Below are positions 38,796 to 52,755 of a stretch of DNA of 64,000 nt, piece after piece; the first letter of the stretch is position 1, and each line of letters opens with the position of its first letter. Under the pieces are notes generated by a model, which did no database searches, was not told where the DNA came from, and saw only the letters and a program-made list of their open reading frames with translations. The translations under genes and the position numbers were made by a program. This stretch comes from Octopus bimaculoides (taxonomy: Eukaryota): the NCBI RefSeq assembly GCF_001194135.2, contig NC_068983.1, positions 109,483,218 through 109,547,217 of the forward strand, in the 5' to 3' direction.

Positions 38796-39912
38796 AATAA
38801 TAATAATGATTATGAGGATAATAATAATAATATCTAACTACAGTGCAAAACTATAATTTCAGATAGGGGTACTATCTTTTAAAATAATTCAGTATATTAC
38901 AGGTACTTATATATAATGAGATGCTAAATTCAAAGTTGACCCAACACTACCACCAGGATTTCAATTCAAATACAGCAAAATTACTACAATTGGACTTGGC
39001 ACTCTACCATTTCAGTAATGTTAGAATGTGTCTCTCCACATTTATCTGCCTATCATTTATAGACTGCATATCAAGCAACCATTCCTTTCAGTATATTAAA
39101 CATGTTGCAATGTTCTAGCTAAATTAATGGCAACACATTAACTTCTCAGAATCTCAAGAGACATGTTAAAACTGACTATTCCCAATGAACATCTCTCCAT
39201 TCAGCAACTAATATGATAGTAAAATGCAAGATAGACAAAGTAAGGAGAACCAAAATATCTTTATTAAAATGTGGTCGTAAATAATAGTCTATATCAATTA
39301 TAGGACACTTTGTTTTTGCAGAATCTGAACTAAGAAAATAAAATAGTGTAATTACATACCAGAAGCATTTAGTCTAATACAGAATTCACAAAATTAAATA
39401 ATTCAGAAAAATATATTATATACTAGCATTTCATGTTGATGAAGGCAATATAAGAAATATGTAAAAACAAGGCACAAAATGTAGAACATTAAACTGAGAT
39501 AGCACTCTTTCATTGGTTGGGAATTTCAATCTTATTTCAACTAATCAATAAAATATTAATTAGTAATTAATTTGTAGTTGTTTACTCAATTAACAATTCA
39601 TAGCTTTCAACAAATCCTTGTTTACAGGGAAGAAAGAATATTTCATATCTCATATGTATTTAACTTTTTTTTTATTAATAATAAAGCTAAACTTCTATTT
39701 CACTTCATGTGTATCAATATAGCTTTTAAGATGACTACTTCAAATTTGGAAACCAAATTGCATTCTACAACTGAACTAAAAGTAATGTATCATGTTGCAA
39801 CAGCTTCTTTAATGGGAACACACTAATTATGAAGTGGTAACATAATTTTCTCTAATGATGTTACAATTTTATATGAATTTTCTCTATCTCCATTATTTAA
39901 AAAGATGTATCA

Positions 39913-40119
39913 TAGATAGACAGACAAACAGATAGACAGAAAGACAAACAGACAGACAGATTGACAGAAAGACAAACATACAGATAAACAGACAGACAGC
40001 TTGACAGAAAGACAGACAAGCAAACAGACAGGTTGACAGACAAACAGACAGACAGAGAGAAGAACAGATGTGTGGTTGGATGGACAGACAGACAGATGGA
40101 TGAATGGATGGATAGATAG
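39913..40119. repeat. Degenerate (GACA)n/(GGAT)n microsatellite
   Basis: Direct read. Confidence 0.95.
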
Positions 40120-42849
40120 TAATTCATTTTTGCAAATAATATGCTCTTAAGGTTAACAAGTTTAGTCAGCATTTGTAATTTGCTTTAGATTAGATATATT
40201 GGATTTTAGAAATTACTGTAACTATTAATGCTATCTTGTCATTGTTCAACATTTTATTTTTATTGTTTTACATCCAATTCTCCATGATAGCATGGTTGAA
40301 ATGACTTTTGCAAGTTAGAATAACCACATAATGCTTTCAGAGTGGAAAGCTATTCTTACCACTAATCATTAAAGTATAAATGACAAGTGAACCATGTAAA
40401 CAGATAAGCAGAATGAATGAAGTTGTGTTCTTTGTCCATAAGCCTAGCTGTAAAGTTTGAAATCATAACTTTAGTTTGTAGAAAAGAACTCTGATAGGAT
40501 TCCATATTCTGGTAAATACTAAAACATTTAGATATAGATAAACTACTTGTGAGAATAGGTCACGAAATCTCCTCTGCTGCTACTGCTATCTATGCTCTCC
40601 AGTGGACATTATTCAAATCCCTGTGAATTTCTTTTTCACTCGCCTCTCCTCTTCCCTGTACTGAAATATTGAGTATCTAACTCCCAGAGGTTACATACAC
40701 AACATTCTCCTTAAGAATTTTTCTTAATCTTTCCTATTCTAAAATTCTACCCTTGAACCTTGCAATGCTCAAACTGAACTTCCAGCTGTCCTTAATGCTT
40801 ATAAAATATATATTGACAGAAGAGTCTGTAGAAGAAATTCAGAACTGTTTAAAATTTGTTTGTATTACTATTTAAAATCCAAGACAACAATGCAATTGCC
40901 AAACTTCCATAATTAATGTGAATCAAGAAACAGATAATCGTTTGAAAGAAAACTACTTTAATTCGATAAACAAACACTGCTACTTCCATTATTATTGCTA
41001 TTACAGCTACTGTTACTGTTGCTGCTGTACCTACTACTTCCCTTTCTTCTAGACTCAACAAGTGAAAAAAAAAAAACGATATGCATTGTATGTGCAATGC
41101 TTTCATTTCTGCATCATAAATTTATTAATTGATTAAGCATTTCAACACCTACTTCATGTGAAATTATAAACCAAAAGACATAAATATGACATAGATATTA
41201 AATTTGTGATCAGCTTCTTCCAAACCACATTAAAGTGTTAAAATATAAAAAAAAAACTATAATGAAAACCTACTTATGTCAATTATTTATCTTTCCCTCA
41301 GTAATTTTGTATATACCACTATATTTATAGTAGAGCTATATAACCTCTGGTATTTGACTATTTGTGTGGTTGTTCATCGCTTTATGTTTTTTTTTGTTTT
41401 TTTTTGTTTTGTTATCTGATGAAACTGTCCATCAGTGTTCAAGCAAAAATTCTACATAATAAATATGAATGAAATAGGGTTGTATTAAGAACATGTGGTC
41501 TATAAATTCTTAATTGGCTAAGTATATAATTTTTTGTTATATAAATTACTGACACATCAACATTATTTATTTTTCATACTAAATGTTACTTTGTGTATAC
41601 CCAAAGACTTTTGCATACACAAATTAAATAAATTTACTCGATATGTATTACTGGCATAAATATCTGTCATGATTCTACAATCTCATCATGGACAATAAAA
41701 GAGGGACTGACTGGATGATGCTGTATAAATTATTTTTTAAGTTTTATTATTAATTGGTCCCTCCACATTTTTATGCCACTGCAAAATTTTATTTAGAGTT
41801 ACTGGTGTTAAACTTATAACAAAATTAGATTGACAGAATTGTGCATTTGGCACATTTTATGCATTATAAATTTATATATTGTATATTTGGCTGTTGATTC
41901 TGTTTACATAAATAATTTATATGCTAACAGTGTTTTTATTTTTCATACAAATGTTTACTATGGAGCATACCCAAAGATTCCAAACATTACTGCATTGTAA
42001 AAGAGTTTTTATGTGATTTAATTATAAACATTTCAACAGTAGCTTTGAGGAGGCTGCAAAATGTAAGACAACCTATTGCTGATAAAGCTCTCAGAACAGC
42101 TGAAACAGTGTTGTCCATTTGGACTCACATTGAGATTATATAAACATAATAGACATTTACAGCTATCTTATATGTCTAGTAAATTTATTCATGAAAGTAG
42201 TAATGGTTAAAATATTGTGTATAGTCAGTAGAAAACCTGTAACATTCTTAATGATACTATGGCAAACCTTCTGCAGCTGTCAGAAAAAAATTACTGTTTG
42301 TGTAAATGTAAATGTTTCTAATACAAGTAAGGGAATTCATAGAATAAAACTTTTTTGACATGACCTAAATTTCATAGAAAACTTTGTAATTTGATAGTAT
42401 GGAAAACAGGTATTAAAGCTATGACAATGATGATAGCAGTGGCAATGGTACCTCTAATAACAAAATATATATATATATATATTTCAGATAAAAGACAATT
42501 CAAGTTAAATTTATGATATTTTATGTCATGAGCAAGCCAAACCAATCTTGGATTACGTATTATAATATCTTCAATAAAAATGTCATTAAATATATATAAA
42601 GGTGAGTTCCAAAATCAGACAATATCTGCATAAAAAACATGAACAGGATAGGAATCAAGCATTTTTCCAAAAGTTAGTAATGGAGTGAACTTTACTAAAG
42701 GCACCTCATGGTAGTACTTAACAGACTGTGTTTGATCTGCTTATATGTACCTGCATGTTCCTGAAAGGTTGCATCACAATTAATAACTTTTACATGCATT
42801 CTTCTTACCAGCATTGTATTTTTCTCTTAATATTAATTTGTTACTTTGG

Positions 42850-43810
42850 TACATGAGCACAACACTTGAAATACGAGTTATGATTATTTATAGACCTAAT
42901 ACATTAATCATACTTATTCTTTAACAAGAGGATTAAGATGTAAGCTAAAACTGAATTTTGCAGTATTTGATCACAGAATGAAATGGGAGAATGTTGCTCA
43001 GTGTTCTACTGATTTTGCTACTCATTGCCTTCAGCCACCATAAATAATTTGTTACATAGGACAACGGCTAGAAAATTGTGGAAAAAGATCCCAGTACTTG
43101 ATTGGTACTGATTGTATTAACCCGCAAAAAAATGAAAGCAGAAGTAGACTTTGTAAGATTAGAACACAGAATTTAAAGGGATATTACAAAATGCAAGTTA
43201 TCTTGTCTGATGTTTAGCAAGTCTGCCAATTCACCTCACAATAATAAAATTGATTTCAAACCTTAGCAATGAGAGTTGATGCAGTTGATCAAACCAACCA
43301 CAGTACTTGATTGATACTTTTTTTTATTAGTCCTGAAAGAATGAAATTCAAAGTTGACCCAAGATGGGTTTAGATACATAATAGAATGGTATGTAATTAA
43401 ATAGTGTGTGTAATTTTGTGCAATACTTTACCAATTCCTCCCTAATAACTGTTCTCATAAAAATAATTGCTAACATAGACACAATATTTTAAATTTGGGG
43501 AAAGGTGTAATAAACTAGATGAATTTAACTGGTACTCATTTTATCAACCACCAAAAGGATGAATTTTACCTCAGTGGAACATGAACTCATAATACAAAAG
43601 TATACACCTCTGCTACTAAATGCTAGCTATTTTGCCTGCCATTGTATCAGTTCTATTAATCTACCACCTTCTTCACAATACTAATATTGAGTTTTAAGGC
43701 AGGCACAATGACATGTTTTGGGAAGGGAACAATAGATTATAGCAATCCCAGTATTTGATGTGTACATATGTTATCTATTTTAGAAAGCTGAAAGACAAAA
43801 TAAACTTAAG
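42850..43810 (-). mobile_element. Cluster of about 5 degraded same-orientation SINE copies
   Basis: Repeated order cccagtacttgattggtact / gaaaggatgaaa..aaagttgacc / ttgaactcagaa at about 210-bp spacing, with aataat-rich linkers. Confidence 0.6.
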
Positions 43811-44317
43811 TGTGGTTAATAATAACAATATTAACAAATAATCAATTCATAACAACTTTCTAATTTTTACATTTAATCAATGTATGCAGGAATCAAATGG
43901 ATTTAAGTGAAATATTACGTCTAAATATAAGTTGGATTTTGCAAAGATATCATTTAAAAATTTTATGATAGTCTGCCTTCACCTACATAATCATAATGAT
44001 TCATAGTATAGAACTACATTTCATTTTCTCAGTATTATAAAAAACAACTTTTTGATGGAAGCCAGAAAACAGTACGTGGGTGTGATGTATGCAAACAATA
44101 TATTTCAGATTTTATAGGTAGTATCCATTATGTCAGTTCAAGCACTAAAACAACTACATTTTTTATAAGCCTTCAGTTTCTCAACATTCAAATTTACTTT
44201 TACCAATAAATATGAAATTACTAATTAAATTTCAATACTTTCAGGAAGAGTCAATGGTACTACATACAGGTAAAATAAATATTGAAATAATATGAAAATA
44301 TATTTAACTCAACTTAC

Positions 44318-44384
44318 GTCAACTTTGTTTTAATCCGTCTGTAACATAATGATGAAAAACTTACCTAAAAAAGAAAAAGGAAAA
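44318..44384 (-). promoter_or_regulatory. Candidate recursive splice site / RS-exon
   Basis: The minus strand reads ttttcctttttctttttt-AG|GTAAGT: an 18-nt pyrimidine run, with the junction at 44365/44364. A second GTAAGT follows 47 nt downstream (44317-44312). Confidence 0.5.
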
Positions 44385-45064
44385 TCTTGAGTATACTGAT
44401 GTCCAACATAGGAAAAATTACACAAATTCAGAGGAAAAAGATTCATTCAACTGAAGAGTATCAGGTAGTATATGTATTTAGAACTACAATCACATGAGAA
44501 AAATGAAAAGCCAAGTTAACCTCCGCAGTATTTAAAACAAAATGGTACATCAACAATATTTGTCTCTCAATTCAAATATTAAAAGCAAAAGTTACCCAAG
44601 AATTTAAATATCATAAGTGTTTTACTTTTTTACATCAAGTAATGTGCAGAATTACGATAATTGTCTTGCTTTTATTGTCTAAACATTAATTCTTCTGATG
44701 GCTACTTTCTTTCACAAGGAACTCCCTGATAAGCAAAACTCATTGGAAACTAACCCAGACAGTAAGTTCTGGTACAGCTCAGATGGCTAGATTATCATGT
44801 GTAAATGCATAAACATTATGCTTTTCTTGTCCACAACTGGCTCATCTTAAAAAAAGATGATCTAAAGAGTGATCATTTCGGTTAATTTATTCACCTTCAG
44901 CATTGTAAGTTTCTGAAACAAATTCCCACCCAACATAGCAAGTACTAATCTCTGAAAAGCTAGACATAAGGAAATGTGACAGGGATTACATATCAATGAA
45001 ATTGTGATAGATAACAATGATATTGTCTAGTAATATTTACAGAACATTCCAATTTTGTTACATG

Positions 45065-45390
45065 CACACACAAGCATTAAAATACTTCCTCAATTTTTAT
45101 CCTGATCTTCAACCTTTACCCTCCTCAATTTGGCTGAACTTGTCATCTCTCTGAATTGCTTCTCATTCAGAGATTGATTTTACCATCAGGTTTCAAGAGT
45201 GTCCATGGAAACAAAATGGGCCCCAACTACGTGAACCTGTTCACTGGCTATGTTGAGGTCCAAATATTCTCTCAATTCCATGAGCTACACAGTTGTTACA
45301 TCGACAACTGCACTGGTGCAACCTCACTCTTCCATGATCATCTCAACTCATGCCTCTTTTTCATCCAGTTCTTACATCAAATACAAGATA
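45065..45390 (+). mobile_element. Penelope-like (Poseidon/Neptune-type) RT core remnant
   Basis: ALKYFL..TLLNLAELVISLNCFSF..FYHQ..VSMETKMGPNYVNLFTGYVE..YIDNCTGATS matches PLE RT LAELVLTLNCFSF..YxQ..GVAMGTKMGPSYANLF..YIDD. Confidence 0.85.
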
Positions 45391-45419
45391 TATATATATA
45401 TATATAAATATATATATAA

Positions 45420-45600
45420 GTCAGTAAATGGTGGGGTTGTGTTAACAGCACAAGGAGAAATAATAGGAAAATGAAAAATAATAATAAGGCAGAATTCTAA
45501 ACTGAAAGCATATTTTAATATAGATGCGTAAAAAGGATTTCTAGCCGGCTTTCATTGCATGGCAAATTTTCAAGAAGAGGGATAATGAAAATGTTTTTTA
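45420..45600 (-). mobile_element. PLE terminal-repeat-like relic abutting (TA)n
   Basis: Minus strand cttc-TTGAAAA-tttgccatgcaat-GAAA-gccggc-TA-gaaa gives a degenerate hammerhead layout. Confidence 0.35.
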
Positions 45601-46302
45601 CAAAAAAGTAAAAAATAATATATAAAAATATAATATATAAAAAAATAAATATACCAATACATTATATTGTCTATGAGCTTTTAAAGTTCAATGGTAATCC
45701 ATGTAGATAATAGTTAGAAAGATTAGTATGCATGAAATTGAGAGTTGTGTTTTGTTTAAAAAAAAAGAANNNNNNNNNNNNNNNNNNNNNNNNNNNNNNN
45801 NNNNNNNNNNNNNNNNNNNNNNNNNNNNNNNNNNNNNNNNNNNNNNNNNNNNNNNNNNNNNNNNNNNNNNNNNNNNNNNNNNNNNNNNNNNNNNNNNNNN
45901 NNNNNNNNNNNNNNNNNNNNNNNNNNNNNNNNNNNNNNNNNNNNNNNNNNNNNNNNNNNNNNNNNNNNNNNNNNNNNNNNNNNNNNNNNNNNNNNNNNNN
46001 NNNNNNNNNNNNNNNNNNNNNNNNNNNNNNNNNNNNNNNNNNNNNNNNNNNNNNNNNNNNNNNNNNNNNNNNNNNNNNNNNNNNNNNNNNNNNNNNNNNN
46101 NNNNNNNNNNNNNNNNNNNNNNNNNNNNNNNNNNNNNNNNNNNNNNNNNNNNNNNNNNNNNNNNNNNNNNNNNNNNNNNNNNNNNNNNNNNNNNNNNNNN
46201 NNNNNNNNNNNNNNNNNNNNNNNNNNNNNNNNNNNNNNNNNNNNNNNNNNNNNNNNNNNNNNNNNNNNNNNNNNNNNNNNNNNNNNNNNNNNNNATATAT
46301 AT

Positions 46303-46640
46303 ATGGATTTGTGTACTGGTGCAGGTTCTCTTCCTTTTGTAATAAAATCTCTTCCTGAACACCCTCAAAATCTCTACAAAGTACTCTTTGTTGACCGTCT
46401 GGCCAGAGGGAACCCAGGGATGGTAGATGATGTCTTTGCTGTTAAAAAAAGGGATCATCATGGACTTGCTTTTTCTGGCCTCTTATACCAGCACAAACAG
46501 ATGCTCAGTTCATCCAGGTTAATTCCTAAGCAGTTTGGAGAATTTCATAATACCCTGTAGCTATTTAGCACATAAGTCTTTTGTATAGTGAGCTTCCAAA
46601 GTGTCTTCATATCCCAACAGCATTCTGCACACTAGTCAGC
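46303..46640 (-). mobile_element. Mariner transposase catalytic-domain fragment
   Basis: MMIPFFNSKDIIYHPWVPSGQTVNKEYFVEILRVFRKR matches mariner MLxVFFDxxGIIHxExVPxGQTVNxEYY. It runs into an N gap. Confidence 0.85.
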
Positions 46641-46823
46641 TGTGACAAGCAGTGTCTAGCAAAGGGTGTTCAAAGTGCTGATACAGCTGTAACTTTCAAT
46701 CTAGAATAACAAATGTTGGCAGGTCAGCTAATTAGATGCATAGTAGTGATATACTAAAATTACAGTGATGTAAGACAGTTATAACTGCCTCTCTTAAAAC
46801 AAGTCTCAAAACTTCTCGAAAGC

Positions 46824-46860
<37 letters not shown>

Positions 46861-49157
46861 ATGTGTGCACATGCATGTAAGCACAAAATTATCAAGTGGA
46901 AAGCAATATATCTGGATTTCTTTAATAAGGTAGCAAACTAGATTACCTTTATAAAGATTTAAACTTTTTTCTTTGCTATAATTTTTTGAATTAGCAATCT
47001 TTTACATATTTAGTCTATTGCTTTCAGACAGTTGTATATCATATGGCATGTTAATATAAAATATGCACATAGTGATTTTATTGAGAGCATTTAATATAAC
47101 AGATATGCTTTGAAATCTATAGAATTTTGTTATATATTCAGACATTAGATAGTATTAGGCACTTAAATTCAATAAACATTCTACTATTATTGAAATAGTT
47201 AACAATATATAAATATGTTTATATATATTGTCTAACAGTATTTACATCTGAATATGATTGAGATGAGTAAATTTATAGCAGATATGTCAAAGTATTATTT
47301 TAAACATGAAAGTATTTCTATATCAATATGCTTTATATTGTGAAGTTTCTAACATTTAGAAAAGACAGCCTTAGTTTTTCTGAATGACAATATTTTCAAC
47401 TTCCATTCAAAACAAATCAAAATGTATCTCTCAACATATCTAAATATTTAAGTATTAGGATGGTATGATGTCCTAAAAAAATGCTAGTTTGTTACCTCAC
47501 TGTTCCAAGTTCAAATTTCAAAAGTTTAACTTTGCCTATCTCTTTTATTTCATAGGTGGAGATATATATATATAGTTATAATATATCAAATAATTTATAT
47601 TTCTTTTTGCTAAAAATACAATGCTTTCTGAAAACAACAAACCATTTTGATATATGTGCATGGTAATACTTTTGATTATTCGAACTGTATTTCTATGCCA
47701 CTCTATTCAGTATATAGTCTACATTTTTACATAAAATATCTGTAAAACAACTACAAAAACACAATTACATATAATGTCGATATATTAGCACACATAAATA
47801 CATAGACAGAAAGAATCATATATAAGCATAAATATGCAAAAATCAAGGATTGCTTTGGGGAACAAATATACATGTTTTTGTAGTAGTCTTTAAGAAAAGT
47901 AGTAAGCCCCTTAACAAATAATTTAGTAAAAAAATTTTTAGTTTTAATAACTAGTATTGTTTGGCAGCTGACTTCTCAACATACACCTTTCCGAACACAA
48001 ACAAATTCTTAATTTCAACTCGAAATATCCCTAATGACAAATAAGCTGTCTATTTATGTCACACTCTGTCAGTCTCTCTCTCTCTCTCTCTCCCTCTCTC
48101 TTTCTTTCTCTGTAGCTGTATGAGAAACCAAGCATGATAAAGATCATTTGATGTATGTTGAAGAACTGCAATATTTTGAAAATGTAGGGAAAATAGATGA
48201 TGGATTATAGGAAAAAAGGCTATCACCAGATTATGGAACGTACTCATGGCAGCAGAAGACCAAAGAAGATATAGGATGAAGTGGCAAGTTTAGATCTGAA
48301 GATATACTGAGCCACACACAGTATTCAGACAAATTGTGATATATGAGATTGCAAAAGGGTGATGAGGATAACGATGCGGATGATAATGACACTGTTAATG
48401 TTGATAATGATAATGACAAGGATAAATGCAGTACACATACTGCCACTGAAAAACAATGAATATAAAAATCTCTCACACTCACTACTAATACACAGTCCTA
48501 TTAGCTCTGATGACTTTTCATAATGACTACATATATTCCACAACTAAGGTTGCGCCATAAGGTTTGGGATTTATTTTCTCAGCTACAAATTCTTCCTATC
48601 CAAATAGCAACTAAGCACATACATGGTGCAAAGTTAACTATATGTATGTAGTACTTTTTCCCCACAACATCAGTGTGCCTCACAGAGAATATTTTGGAGA
48701 TCCTGCCTCTCCAGAACAGTATTTTTCTAGAAAGTCCCCTTAACATATTTTACATTTGAGTCCATAATGACCTAGAAAGAATATAAGAATTATAAGCAAA
48801 CATTTTTGAGATTTCTAAAATGTAATAGCAATGCGAAAAGAAACAGAAGTAGCTGTAGGGAGATAAGTTCAAGCAAGCATATGTTTTGTGATTGTGCACA
48901 AATACATTATAGAGAAAGATTAGCATGTTAGCTTATGTGTATATGCTATTGAGGTACAACTATGATGTGTTACAAAAGACATATGAACAATACTACCAAC
49001 ATAGTATCTGCAATGTGTTAGAGGTAATTAATAGATGATTAGATAGCACAATTATGGTCACTAGGATTTAGTGCAAGTATATAATTTAAAGAATAATCAC
49101 TTCCACTTTTGTTAAAGATGTTTAGATTGTAAAAGACAAACAATTTTTGCACATATA

Positions 49158-49994
49158 CAGGGTGTTTGGGATAAATCTGACAATTTTTTATGCTTCTTTT
49201 TTCAGCAACAGCTTGATGTGTTGGTGAACAGTCAATGACATAGAGAGCATAGTGATTAAAGTTGTAACTGAGAAAAAGTAAGATGATATGGAGGGTGAGA
49301 AGCCATTTAAATATTAGAACAGTGTTACATGTAGCATGATGATTTACTCTGGGTTTCAGAATGCCAACATCATGACTGCTGTGATGGAGACTACAAAGCA
49401 GGTAGGGACACAGTAGGTGTTCTGACTGTATCCACACACAAGAGTTTATACCCACATCTTTGAACGGGTCTTTAGGCTTAATTCAGCTAGTTAAGTTAAG
49501 CTAGAGTCTGTGGTCATTCCTGGCTTGAGTGAGTTGTTGCTGAAAGGTCATAAGTGTGGCAGCAGGCTTTGACCTCTTGCCATAGCTCTGAAAAGGGTCA
49601 CAAGTAGTTGTCAGAGAATTTCTACGACTTCCCCAACCCCAGTTTCTAACTTCCTAATTCCCCTAATTGTAATTCCATGGATTACTATGCATGGGGAACA
49701 GCTGACAAAGACACCATCTGCTCAGCCTGCAATACCAAATTCAAGCTAGTGGCCAAGCTTAAGGAAGTGTTCAAAGACCTTCCCAGGGACATAGTGAGCA
49801 ATATATATCCCAGGTTCTGGAGTCGCCTTGAGGTCATGATGGAAGCTGAGGGTAGCTACATTAAGAAAACTGTTATCTCCGAGCTATAATCTAGTTGATA
49901 TTTATTTATTTTTTTAAATACTTCTATTTTTGGATGGGATATTGTGTTTCCTTTCTCTCGTATGCAAACTGTCAAATCTAGCCTGTACACCCTG
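49158..49994 (+). mobile_element. Internally deleted Tc1/mariner-superfamily element, DD37D (maT-like)
   Basis: TA-flanked TIRs cagggtgtttgggataaatctgacaa and gtcaaatctagcctgtacaccctg. The in-frame relic QQ(A)LTSCH...LSENFYDF...PNSPNCNSMDYYAWG has 37 residues between the D2 position and D3. Confidence 0.85.
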
Positions 49995-50949
49995 TAGATC
50001 TACCGAGAAAACAAACATTATATACTATATGTGATTTCCAAAGTCATTTCATGTTCTGATATACATATCAAATATATTTGAGGACTTTGAAGTTATCATA
50101 TGATTGGAAAAGCTTTCCACCTAAATGCAGTTTAAAGATTGACAAATCCTTAATATTTTAGTTGCAGAATTCATGATTTGCAAACTTAGGAGATAGTTTT
50201 CATTAAATGTTCTTTGTTAATACAGTTTCAGTTAATAAGCCATTTTAAGTAGGAATTGACTCTAGTCTTTATTCTCAATCAGCTACAAAGCCTTTTAAGT
50301 ATAACTATATCTTACCAATTTGTGGACTTCACTCTAGGATTTAGTCTTAATGTGACAAACAGCATTGAAATATATAAAAATCAAATGAAAAGGAATACAA
50401 AATCAATACAATTACAATGAATATTTCTAAAAATTATTTTTTGAAATTTCAAAATGCTTATACAATTCATTTAGATTTAGATTTATTTTGTGTAATAATA
50501 CCTGCTATAAAATAGCATTTTACTGATCAAGAATTAAATAACCTTTTTATATTTTTGAACTACTTCAGAAATGTAATTTATGTAACCAAAATGCAGCTGA
50601 CTTAGGAGATATTAATCTTTATTATGAAACAAATCCTTTTAGTACTGGCTCTTTTATAAGAAATTTCTTTACACAAACATATCTGATTAAAACATTTTAT
50701 ATTAAATTTTGTATTGTTTCATAGAAGAACGCTTCAAGAAATTAGTTTTTTGTGTTTAATACATGTACTTTGTAGCTGCTTCATATTTCAAATATATTTT
50801 CAGAATGTATTATGTAATCATTTCATAATGCAGATATTATTCCTCCCATTAATTATGTTAATTATTTTAAATCTGAAAATGCAAGTTTTCAAATATGCAT
50901 TTCTAAGGTACACACATATACCCATGATATATATATATATGTGTGTGTA

Positions 50950-50998
<49 letters not shown>

Positions 50999-52665
50999 NN
51001 NNNNNNNNNNNNNNNNNNNNNNNNNNNNNNNNNNNNNNNNNNNNNNNNNNNNNNNNNNNNNNNNNNNNNNNNNNNNNNNNNNNNNNNNNNNNNNNNNNNN
51101 NNNNNNNNNNNNNNNNNNNNNNNNNNNNNNNNNNNNNNNNNNNNNNNNNNNNNNNNNNNNNNNNNNNNNNNNNNNNNNNNNNNNNNNNNNNNNNNNNNNN
51201 NNNNNNNNNNNNNNNNNNNNNNNNNNNNNNNNNNNNNNNNNNNNNNNNNNNNNNNNNNNNNNNNNNNNNNNNNNNNNNNNNNNNNNNNNNNNNNNNNNNN
51301 NNNNNNNNNNNNNNNNNNNNNNNNNNNNNNNNNNNNNNNNNNNNNNNNNNNNNNNNNNNNNNNNNNNNNNNNNNNNNNNNNNNNNNNNNNNNNNNNNNNN
51401 NNNNNNNNNNNNNNNNNNNNNNNNNNNNNNNNNNNNNNNNNNNNNNNNNNNNNNNNNNNNNNNNNNNNNNNNNNNNNNNNNNNNNNNNNNNNNNNNNNNN
51501 NNNNNNNNNNNNNNNNNNNNNNNNNNNNNNNNNNNNNNNNNNNNNNNNNNNNNATATATATATATATATATATATATAGTTATATATATATATATATATA
51601 TGAGCATTTTTAAAGGGCCAACATATTTTCTTGCTATGAAAAGTAAACCCACACAATAAGTTCAAGAATGTTATCCAATAAAAACATGGATCAATAACTA
51701 CTTATCTATCTCTATCAATTTTATTTTACACCAGAAACGATGAAGTAAATATTGATTTAGTTTTCTATTTTAATTGGGGATAAAATCAATATTTTGAAGA
51801 GCTGTTATATCATTACATGTATTATCAAAACAGTCCAAACAAATTAATGGCAAATGCCACAGAGCAAAGGTAAGTTCCCAGCAAACTGGATCAGCGAAGA
51901 AGAAAATCTTCTTCCCTGAAGCAATCACACATCATATCTGCTTATAACATACTTCAAGTAACCATGAATTGTAGATGATTAAGAAAAGTAAATACCTTTT
52001 AAACCATATTTATTTTTCTATTGCAATCCATAAATTAATTGATACACTATTTTAAATTAATAGTATTTTAGTTTAAACACTGAAATTTTTGTGAGCATTT
52101 TGTTAGTTAATTTCTGCTTTTAAAATTTCATGAAGTGTAATGAAAATATATGCCAATGTAATAACAGTATAATAAAAGAATAACAATGCAAAATCAAGAT
52201 AACTAATAAATGCTAAACTATTAAATATTAAATGTCAAGCTATCAACTAACAAATGTGTATATTCTGTGCACTATACACTTTACTCTTTGATTTAAAATT
52301 CATACTTTCAAACTTGTCTTAACTTAATCTAGAAAGGATTATCTCTGTTATGACAGCTGATCATCAGAGCTACAACACATACATAAACTGTGCTCTAGCA
52401 GTGATTTCTTAAAATATCCATTTTATCTTGCAATGATAGTCATGGTAGGATGAATATGAAGAATGTCTCTTCTAACTCATAACAATGAATAGAACAATAT
52501 GGAATAGCAGCCTGAAACCTTTATCGGCACTCAGAAATAAAATACTAAAATAGGCTTCAGAAATTCGTTTGTAGTGAAGACATTAATTGCAACTAGAGGA
52601 AGAACTCTTTTGCAAGACAGACTTGCCCTGGTATTACTAACCTGTACCAAAAAAATTCATACTCC

Positions 52666-52668
<3 letters not shown>

Positions 52669-52751
<83 letters not shown>
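52669..52751. repeat. (TC)n microsatellite
   Basis: Direct read. Confidence 0.97.

Positions 52752-52755
<4 letters not shown>

Noticed and set aside
36153-44464. + strand microexon candidates (36153-36182, 44245-44269, about 44412-44464)
   Set aside because: The splice signals are plausible, but the joined translations match nothing I recognise, and such motifs are expected by chance in AT-rich DNA.
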